From Podarcis tiliguerta (Eukaryota): 64,000 nt of DNA. The stretch lies in assembly GCA_965153285.1 (NCBI GenBank), contig OZ229111.1; one strand, given 5' to 3'. Within the stretch, counting starts at the first letter, position 1. Each line of letters begins with the position of its first letter. The position numbers and the translations under genes were made by a program. The notes beneath the pieces were generated by a model. It searched no databases, had not been told where the DNA came from, and was given only the letters and a program-made list of their open reading frames with translations. This document shows, one piece after another, positions 49,359 through 59,295 of the stretch.

Positions 49359-50697
49359 AAGACTTGAGACTTGGAGAAGACTTGGAGAGAAGGAAGACTT
49401 GAAGAGGGGGGAAATGGGTGTGTGGCATTAAGGTAGGCAGTGAAAGAGAATATGTCAGTGTCCCTTGCTCCATGCTGCACTCAAATTCTTCCCTCTTCCA
49501 GTCCTCAGCTCCCTCATATGAGACATATAAAGGATGTGGTCCCCTCAAATATCCCATTGTGCCTTCACATAATAATGTGTTTCTCTCCTGGTGCCATGTG
49601 CTGTCTTCAACACGAAGTTCCAGATTCAGTATAGTAATTTAGAACAGATATTTCATTAACAAGGAAGAACCCGTATAAGTACAGCATCCATCTCCAACTG
49701 AACAAGCTGGATTGCTCTTTCTAAATAAGATCCCAGCGTGAGCCTGCTGAGTTGGAATTCATTTGCAGGTTTGACATTTTCCAACTTGGGTTCAACAGAG
49801 ACGTAAGGCTCCATTCCCTATACACACTTAGTTGGGATTAAGTCACCTTTAAACTCAGCATGGCGGGCTTCTGAGGAGAAATCTATAAAACTGCAGTGTG
49901 CACATGACTATTTACAACAGAAAGTAACTGTCTCTCTTAGGGGTTTGTGTATTCTCTTCATCTTGCTCTGCTGATTCACTGCCAGTTGAAAGTAGGTCAT
50001 ACCCACTCCACATCGTGGCCACCACACTTGTTAGACCTTCTGTCTAAGCTCTGGTGTGTGTGTGTGTTATGTATCTGTTTGTTAATCCACAAATAACATG
50101 ACATATGTTGGACAGAGCAAGCTCTGGGCCATGGGAGCTTCTGCCTCAACAAATGGGTTGCCCTCCTGTTGCTTTGTCTATGCCGAAAATATTATTTTTA
50201 AAGTTGCAAAAAAAAACCCCACCCCAGTTATCTTTGTTTGTTAAACCCTTCTTGTTGAGTTTTACTATTACTTCAGAGTAGGGGAGGCTTGGTTAGGTAA
50301 TATTGAGAGAGTGCAACAGAAAAATGCAACAGAAATTGAGTCTTTTGCTACACTGTATTCCTTTGGAAACTAGCTGCTCTGCCTGTTCCTAGAGGTCAGT
50401 CAGCCACAGTTGCTCAGAATTCTCCCTTTGTTTCCCCCTAATTGAACAATCACCATATGAACAGTCCTTTTCCCACTCCCTTCCCCAGGGGCCTTCTGTT
50501 GGAGATGCTAAAGAGATGGATAGTCAGTATGGCGCTTCCCCAGATGTGCAGGGGCTGAGGGAAGAGTGAAAAGGGGGGGAAATGTGAAGGGGGTGATGAA
50601 GCAGCCTGGCCTATTCAATTAGGTGTGACATAATGGATGCAGTAAATTTAGAACAGATTAGAAGGGGAGTTCTGAAACTACGGCTAGAGGAAGCAAT

Positions 50698-50730
50698 GGT
50701 TTGTTTGTTTGTTTGTTTGTTTGTTTGTTT
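50698..50730. repeat. (GTTT)n microsatellite
   Basis: Direct read. Confidence 0.95.
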
Positions 50731-50930
50731 CTGTGTATGTGTATGCATGCATGCAGATTATCTTTAAAGGGTACCAAGGGTAGGAGCTGAGAGAGAGCAG
50801 CACTTACAAAGTGTTTTGAGAGAAGGGCAAGAATGAATGAGTTAAAGTTACAACAGGTTAAATTAAATGTTTCCAGACTGTAAAGGTTTTCCTGAGAAAC
50901 TCTGGAATCTCTTGGTCTGGGCACCTTAGG

Positions 50931-50932
<2 letters not shown>

Positions 50933-50963
<31 letters not shown>
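50933..50963. repeat. (GT)n microsatellite
   Basis: Direct read. Confidence 0.95.
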
Positions 50964-50966
<3 letters not shown>

Positions 50967-52827
50967 TAGGAAATGGAATACACTATTAATTCCATAGATT
51001 GTTAGAGTATATTAGTGCTGTGGCAAACCTTCAGATGACCTTTATTTTGCCCATTCAAAATAGAGGCAAAGCAACGTTGCTACCAGAAAAGGAGGTAGAA
51101 CTTAGCTATAAAGAAATAAAATAATCAAATCAAATAAATTTCAAGGGAAGAGGCAGATGGGTTTGTGCTTACCCTTGGAATTAATAAGGTGGCTGAGGGC
51201 TCTGCTTGCTTAGTTCAAAAAGCCCCATGTTTCTTTGCAGACAAGATGTCAGCCTAGCAGGGCTTCCTGGAGTGACCATGCGACATTGTGAGGCTGGAGA
51301 ACAGGGCTTTTTTTAGGGTGCTTGCTTAAGCTAAATGATAAATTAATTTCCCACCCACCAAGTTCTCCACTTCTGCAAAGGAGGGAGGAGGGAAAAGCAC
51401 ATCTTTCACAGAAAGTTTTCCCTAAAGAAAAAAGCCCAGCAGAGTTTGGCACATTGTTGGAATATATGGAGGCCTGGATACTGAGTGGGATTTATGGCTT
51501 GTCAAGCTGCCCTGATGAAGCCACTTCCGGGTCTGGTTCTCTGATTCAAAGGCAAGAGAATGTGTGACTGGCAGCAATGCTGGTTTGGGTGTGAAGCCTT
51601 CCCCTATCTGGAAAAGGTAGACTGCAACAGTGAGGAGAGAGATTGCTGTCCTGGTGTGCTCTGCCTTTCTTTTTAGTACTGACTGCTATGGAAGGCATGG
51701 GATGGCAGACTGAGGCCTTCATGGACCAGTGAGAGGAATATTTTCATCTTTGTTTGCATGCTTTTGACTTCAGCCCATTTCAAGATGTGTAAAGTGATGG
51801 GAGAGGAAAACTGATTCCACCAGTTTCTCCAGTCTTGGGGGCAGATGGACGCATTTCACAACTTGCGTATGAGGGACCAAAATGAGCTAGTGCTCTGAGG
51901 TCAGCCCAGCGTCATACAGACTCAGGCCTTCCGGCCCTGTTGTCAGGAGCTGACTATGCGACAAGGGGGAGTGTGTGTTGAGTTTCCCAGGGAAGTGCTT
52001 CCAAAGGAAGCGGGTGGGATAAATATTCTACACAAGAGCACACATTCAGCATCTGGTGCCACCCCATGGAGATAAACAGGAAACCTTTAACAACTCATTT
52101 GTCACTGCAAATGAAAACAGCCAGTCAGCTGCCAAAAGGAGAGGCTGGAGCCACAAAGCTCAGGAGGTCAGCAGGTTGGAGATCTGTGATTCCATATCTC
52201 ATGAAATGGGACAGGAGCTGCGTAGGGCACAGATAAGAATCTAGAATCATTCTAGGTCAAAAGCAGCATGCTGGGGATGAGCCCGAACAATTCCAGATTG
52301 AGCAAAACTACATTTTTATGCTGCAGGTGGGTTAGTGTGCGTGCAGCCAAATTCCCTTGCCTTATTCCAGAATAGAGCCACTATGTTAGTAGGCTTACCC
52401 TTGAGTCAGTGAACTGAGGGGTGCAGTTTTAGACTGCTACCCTCAATCTGCTTATCACAGAGAAGTCTTTAATCAGCCCCGCATATTATAGTGGGCTAGA
52501 ATGAGCCAAGGATTGAAGCATTAGTGATGGAAAACCACCAGAAGAATGCAGTATGGCAGCCTCTGAAAATAAGCTGTTTTTGACAAAGTAGAACAGATTA
52601 TTATTGTGCTCAGCAGAACAAATGCATATTATTCTATTGGGTGGTTTTATTTTCTTGTGAGTCTAATTTTACAGCAACAACGCAGAGAGAGAGAGTCATT
52701 GTTCTTTGCACTTGGGGTTGTACGGAGGCACAATTGCCTAAGAGTTGGTTGTTGTGTTTATCATTTTATTTTTATTTTAGGTATTTATACTCCATTCTTC
52801 CATAAAATTCTCTGAGTGGCTTACAAA

Positions 52828-53153
52828 TGGGGCTGGGTGATGTTGGGTTTTCAACATCGCGGTGTATCATCAGCCAAACATTGTGGTTTGGTGATATACC
52901 ACAATGTTGAGAAAAGCTGCATTGGCCTCAGCCAGCAAGATGCTGGGGGAGCTGAGGCGCTTTCACCCCAGCGCCTCATGGGGCTCCAGCTCCCAGCTAG
53001 TTTGCTTTTCCCTCAGCGCGTTGGGCGCTGGAGGCAGAGAGGCTCAGGAGGTGTGATGGTTTCACCAGTGAATACCACTGAGTGAAGCTGTCAATGTGGT
53101 CTGCTCCCACATATCGGTCCTGGACGATATATCAATATATTACACAGGCCCTA
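52828..53153. mobile_element. hAT-type non-autonomous element
   Basis: Ends tggggctgggtgat / attacacaggcccta. TSD cttacaaa/cttatgaa. Confidence 0.65.
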
Positions 53154-53650
53154 CTTATGAAACACGAAACCTAGAGAGAGAAATATTGCACCATATCCAG
53201 TTTCAAAATCTGGATGTTGCTTCCATGAGGCAGCTGGTAACTAGAAGTATCTGTGCTAATGCTTTCCAAGAGGTAGGTAACTAACAGCCCCATTTTGCAC
53301 AGAGTTAGGTGCTGTGTGTGTTCTTCAGAGTAAATATTCTTAAATGTTGCTATACCCTGTGTTAACAAGGTAAAGCTTGAGTGTTCTCCCACACCAAGGA
53401 CTGATTGAGCAACATTTTAAGCTGTCAAAGCTTGGATGCTCATTTTTAGCAAAACAACAACAACAACCCTGGATATTTTTACTTATATTTTTTTCTTTCA
53501 AGTAGAGATTATAACAACAATTAGAACAATGAAATCAGAGCCTGTGCCATTTGTTATGAGTGTGGTGTCAATCAGTTATGACAACCTCTTAAAATGTTAG
53601 TAAAACTTCCAGGACTGTTTCTCCCTCTCTCCTCTTCTCCTTCTCTGCAG

Positions 53651-53668
53651 AGTTTCCAAAATACCAAG
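53651..53668 (+). CDS. Candidate 18-nt SEPT9 microexon (adds EFPKYQ)
   Basis: 29-nt pure pyrimidine tract 53618-53646, then gCAG| acceptor and AAG|gtattt donor. Frame-preserving and stop-free in phase 1. Unverified prediction. Confidence 0.4.
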
Positions 53669-54239
53669 GTATTTTGAGTACAAAGCTTTTAGGCTTCCTC
53701 CACGTACTATAGCAGACCCTATTCCATTGGCAACTGCTCTTGAGATCCTTCTAGAAAGCAGTTCACTGTTCACTCTGCTGATCACTTTGTTTGAAACATT
53801 GCCAATTTCTTTGCTGCTTGTCTTTGTGGCGCATGCTTTCTCATGCTGTTTCACAAAACATAAGATGCATCTATAGAAACATTGGCTTGTCAATGTTGTT
53901 TCTTTTCCCCTGGTGCCAATATAGCAGCAGTTGTGTTGCGGAGTGGTTTATGAAGCTATTGATACAGTCCATTTTAGCTGTTGTGCATGAATCAGGCTGG
54001 AGGTGTGGATCTGTGGGACATATTCTCCTTCCTTCATAGCAAAGGGTCAGCCAGCTGGCTCTGGCTCATTCCTTAGGAATGTGTTGCTTTTTCTTCATCC
54101 CCAAAAGAAAAGGTAGCATTTGACAGCTCTTTCTCCAGCTTCATCCATTTTTCCTGGAGTCACAACAGTGCAATGGGAAATGGTGAAAACAGCATAGCAG
54201 ACATCAATCCTCAGTGTTGTTTAATTGTTGCGGAATTAG

Positions 54240-54241
<2 letters not shown>

Positions 54242-54271
<30 letters not shown>
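54242..54271. repeat. (TG)n microsatellite
   Basis: Direct read. Confidence 0.95.
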
Positions 54272-54272
<1 letters not shown>

Positions 54273-54325
54273 TGATGGATTCCTTGCCCCCTATATGTGA
54301 TGCTTTCATTTCAGTACTTAATACT

Positions 54326-54770
54326 GAGCATATTACACCAATCCTGATCTGACTGCACTGGCTGTCAATTAGTTTCCAAGCCCAATTCAAAGTGCTGGTT
54401 TTGACTTATAAAGCCTTAAACATCTCAGAACCACAATACCTCAAGGACCGCCTCTCTACATGTGAACATGCTAGGACCTTGAGACCATCTTCTGAGGCCC
54501 CTCTTCACGTGCCTCCTCCACAACAGGTCTGGAGGGTGGCAACACAAGAAAAGGCCTTTTCTGCAGTGGCTTCCCATCTGTAGAATGCTCTCCCCAGGGA
54601 GGTTCACCTGGCACCTTCATTATGCACCTTTAGGTGCCAGGCAAAAACATTCCTGTTTAACCAGGCCTTTGGCTGATTGACATCCAATTCCCTTTTAAAA
54701 TATGTTGGGGAAGGGGGAATTATTGGGTTATTCTTGTTTTTGTTGTTGTTATGTATTTTGTGTTTTATAT
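54326..54770 (+). mobile_element. 5'-truncated L2-clade LINE
   Basis: HITPILI*LHWLSISFQAQFKVLVLTYKALN...YLKDRL...AFSAVA matches the L2 ORF2 C-terminal signature (LHWLP..RI.FK.L...YKAL). Confidence 0.85.
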
Positions 54771-55737
54771 TATCACCTAGTGACCTAGATCAGGGGTGAG
54801 GAACTTGAAATCCACATGCATGAGGGCTTTTCCCATGCCTAATTAGGGGAGTGATCTTCATGCAGATGCAGCTCACAGGGAGAGAGGTTTTAACTCTTCC
54901 CCTCTCACCGCTTCCTAGCTGCTGTGTAGCTTGTGGGCTGCCTGCTGAGAAGGACATGGATTCTACCAGCAGATGCACAATTTGATGGCATTCTAGACAT
55001 TATTACAACCAATTACCACTAGTGATGATGGAGTATGTGGGCTTTGGCACCAGTTCACCAGAGATATGCTCTGCCTATTTGTTTCCCCAAGTAAAGCAAG
55101 ATGGGCTGTTTGATGGCAATGGTCAAGTGTGAGCAAGCAAAATCCATCCATTCAGCTGGCTATCTGAACCTGGCTCCAGTTCCCTGGCTTCAACTAAATG
55201 TGAACCTGGAAAGAGTTTGCATTCTGCAGAAGTGAGACCAGCTGCTGCTGGGCATGCCCATGTTTGGCAACAAGTGGAGGATTTTCACCAAGATTAAGGA
55301 GATTAAGGCCCTAATGCCCATTGATAGTGGGCAAAGCTTTATTAAGTCATAAAAAGTGGACTTGTAATCCATTTGCAATGTGCATGTTGCTGCGCTGCCA
55401 GCAGGCCAGATTGAAGCTGGATTGCAGCACAGTGGCAGGGATATCTTCCACTGTTGATTGTGGGTCTCTCTTTCTCTCTCTCTCCCTCTCACTCAACAAA
55501 TGACAACCCTACCTTCAGAATGGTGCATCACTACAGCTCTTTGCAGAACAAGCATCCAGCTGAGCTGTGTTACATTTTTAATCAACGGAAAGCTGAGCCC
55601 TGAATATGGGAAATAAAGCCGCTAATAGCAATTCATTATGGAGAGGAAAAGCCAACTCACGAGTGCAGGAAGAGTTGGACAACCTGCAGCTCTCAGTGGT
55701 GGTGAAATGAACTGAAGAAGCCCATACGAAGCTGGTA

Positions 55738-55817
55738 CAGGGTGAGTCTTTTAAAAGAGGCCCTGTGGAACATGTGTGCTCTGTATCCACAGGGCCTCTT
55801 TTAAAGGACTCACACTG
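55738..55817. mobile_element. 80-bp mariner/Tc1-type palindromic MITE
   Basis: TA|cagggtgagtcttttaaaagaggccctgtgga, 16-nt spacer, tccacagggcctcttttaaaggactcacactg|TA. 32-bp arms with 2 mismatches. Confidence 0.85.
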
Positions 55818-57570
55818 TATAACTCAATTTAATAGCTTGAACCTTGAGTCCTAATCTCATCTTGACCAATAATGTGTTTGCTGGTCTCCTATGACTTGAC
55901 ATTGATCAGCTTTGCAGCTTGACCCCTGTGCAAACTTATTCAGAAGTAAACCCCATTGGGCTGGAGAAGGCTAATGGATCCCACTAGCAGAAGCCAGCAC
56001 AAGGACGTCTGCTGGCACAATGGGGCTTTCCATCCCTGTCCTCCCTCTGCCCCCCAAGTTGGCTTGTGGAAGGTGTTGTGGGTAACCCAAAACAGTGGCT
56101 GGAAGGAGTAGAGGAGAGGAGAGATTCCTCCATCTGGCAAGCTGAAATGCATGTCCTGATGGAACAATCTCCTTAGCACTAGACTGAATTCCGCCTATTG
56201 AGTCCAGTGAGCTTTCCAAGTAAGTGTGTATAAGGCTTCAGATATAAACAATCTGGTTTAACATCAATTGGATAAGGAATAAGGTGTTTTTTCCCATCCA
56301 TAAAAAATGGGGATACCAAGTTATATGTGTTTTGAGATCCTATGCAAGATGAAGAAAGTGAAGTTCTTCCTGCATTTAAAGTATGGTATTCATTTTTGAC
56401 AATGTGCCCTGGAGAGAGCAATGAACCCCCCCCCCTTTCCCCCTAGAAGAATATGGTAAACAAAAAGTGCTCTAGTCAGCTGGGCCCCCAAGTCTGTCAG
56501 CTGTATGACTGTTGTCTCTGTTTAGCTACTGCAACAAACATCCTAAGCTTTGTGGAGGAATAGAACTAGAAAATCAATTAGCTGTTCAATTCATAAAAAG
56601 CAGGGAAGGTTCACTATTCTCTGAGATTTTCCTAGATCAAGAGAGGGCAGGAAAGGGAGTTATGGACATTGGCTCTCTAACAACTACAAAGGTCCATATT
56701 ACAACAATTGAGAGTCCCTACTAGGAAAAAGGAGTCAGGCATGGCGTGGTTTTCTGAGATTGTTCATTTTTTTCATGTCCACTGAACAGTATAGAGTCCA
56801 GTTCTAAGCATGCTTATTCAGATGTGAGCCCCATCACCATGTGAGTGATGTTTCTCTTAGATATGTAAAGCTAAAGTCTTCAGCCTTGGGTTGCATGGTA
56901 CTTGAACAGCATAACAATTCATAGTATATTTCTAATAATTTTCTTTCTAAAGTTTGTAGCCGTCAGGGAAGCTTAATGACAAATGTTCAAGCAAGCAAGA
57001 AACCCAAAATATGTTCTGCAACACTTATGATTCTGCATCCGTCTTTCAAGCTTGTTACATATGAGGGTGCTGGTTTCGTTGTTGAATAAGTTGACTACTT
57101 ACTAGTTTGGCAACTGCCAGACTCATAAAAACGATGCCCACTGTTTCTTAATCACATAAAACTATCGTGTGTATCAATGCTGGTCTTCTAATTCAGATAC
57201 CAAAGATGGCTTTTGCTGCTGAAAAAGATGTACATTGTCAAAAGTGGTGTCTCATGCCATGCTAATGCACTGGTATGCATTGCCTTCTTTAGAGTTGACA
57301 CAGGGCCAGCTGTTTGGGAGCTGCTACCCATAAATTTTTGGTGTTCATTCATAATCTTCCACTCTCCTAAGACAAAACTGTTGCAAGTAGACCTATGAAA
57401 CATCTTACTGTGTGCCGATCTTCTTTGCACCAGCAGGGCATCTTCAGCTTCAAAGTTGCAAAGAAAACCAGTCTCTGTAACAAAATAACTCTGCAGATCT
57501 CAACGGTTTCTTTATTGCCTTGTGAGGATGCTTTGAGTGTGTGCGAGAATTGGCTTGGAAGACTTAAGAC

Positions 57571-57853
57571 CATGGGTAGGCAATCTAAGGCCTGGGGGCC
57601 GGACCCGGCCCAATCGCCTTCTAAATCCGGCCTGCGGATGGGAATCAGCTTATTTTTACATGAGTAGAATGTGTGCTTTTATTTTATTTACATGAGTAGA
57701 ATGTGTACTTTTATTTAAAATGCATCTCTGGGTTTATTTGTGTGGTGTAGGAATTTGTTCATTCCCCCCCCCCAAAAAAAATATAGTCTGGTCCCCTACA
57801 AGGTCTGAGGGACAGTGTACTGGCCCCCTGCTGAAAACGTTTGCTGACCCCTG
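57571..57853. mobile_element. hAT-type MITE with internal tandem duplication
   Basis: Ends catgggtaggcaa / ttgctgacccctg. TSD cttaagac/cttaagat. tttacatgagtagaatgtgt occurs twice. Confidence 0.85.
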
Positions 57854-58791
57854 CTTAAGATGGTATGCTTGTATTCATATCTTGGCTGATGGTGGTGGAG
57901 ACTGATGCATCCTTGAATTTGTAAAAAGGGGCTTTTGGGGATGAGGGACTTCTAACTTATTTTCCAGCTGTTAAGAAGCATTCAAGGCTGGTAATTGAAT
58001 TGTTTAAATAAGGAGGGATCCAGGCAATTCTTCTTGAAAGAAGTGGACCGCTGCAGTGTCTTTTAAGCTAGCTGATGCTACTGTTAGCTGTTGCTATGGG
58101 AAGGATTTGAAGGTGAGATTTGTTCCATTCCACAGCAAGCAGTGATATGCTTGAATATTTGAGCTCACATTGGGTATGAAATGTAATTGGAGATATTTAC
58201 TAATATTTCAGTAGCAATTTATTTCTGGTGTGTGATTCCCTGAAAGCAAACTGTGAGAAGAACATATGGACCTTGTCTATACATTTCTTGTGGAGTTTAC
58301 ATTATTGGAAGCAAAGCTTCTGTCTGTTTTAGGAGACTGAAAATGTGCAAGAGTTTCATGGTGTATGCTTTAATAAATTCTGGACTGTCTTCCAATGTAT
58401 TGACATTGTGCGCAAATAGTGACTAAATGGTCTGTTCCAGATGTTGACTTTAACATTCATCGGCCTCAGCCAGCATAACTGATGTTCAAGGTTGATGGAA
58501 GTTGTAATTCAACAACATTTGGATGGCAATATGTTTACTAGCAATGGTCTGTTCTGTGGTTAGTTACCTCAGGTATCTTTTTTAGCCTTGCCATTGCAAC
58601 AGTAGAAGACAGGATGATTTGCTGAAAAGTCTGCTGGTCTTGCAACTTGCAGTCCTTTGCTCAAATGTAAGTCAATCTGTTTGTTTGCTCATTTTGTTTA
58701 GGACTTCTACTAACCATCCTGTCTCAGAAGGAGCCCAGGACAATATACAACAAACACAAAACAAAATGCATCAACCATCAATAAAAATGTA

Positions 58792-58794
<3 letters not shown>

Positions 58795-58829
<35 letters not shown>
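58795..58829. repeat. (TG)n microsatellite
   Basis: Direct read. Confidence 0.95.
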
Positions 58830-58831
<2 letters not shown>

Positions 58832-59157
58832 GTAATAAAGTAGCAAATTCAGTTTTGTCAAGAATGACTTGCTGGTATGGTTTTGGGCAAGTTGCTCTTA
58901 GCAGAACTCTCTGCCTAGAAGTAAGTCTCATAGAGGATAATGGAACCTACTTCCAGGTAACTATGTACAGGATTGCTGTTGCAGTAACTTGTAAACAGAG
59001 GTTATTTCCCTTCCTAGGTCTTTGCGGGGCTTAGTGATCTATAGAAAATGCCCACATAAAGCTAAAACAAATACAGAAAATTGTGGAAGTAGAACTACTA
59101 TCACTTGGAAGCCAACCGTCTTCCACCACCAGCACTCCAGTTGCCAACACCAGAAGA

Positions 59158-59295
59158 CAGCTCAGTTGATAGAGCATGAGACTCTTAATCTCAGGGCTGT
59201 GGGTTTGAGCCCCATGTTGGGTGAGATTCCTGCATTGCAGGGGGTTGAGCAAGGCTAGATGGTCCTTATGGTCCCTTCCAATTCTCTGATTCTAT
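59158..59295 (+). mobile_element. tRNA-Lys(CTT)-derived SINE with CR1-derived tail
   Basis: agctcagttgatagagcatgagactcttaatctcaggg...ggtcccttccaattctctgattctat. Second copy of the 17494-17633 family. Confidence 0.85.

Noticed and set aside
55030-55060. EYVGFG resembling the SEPT9 GYVGID motif
   Set aside because: Similarity stops after four residues, with no splice acceptor or downstream G1 motif.
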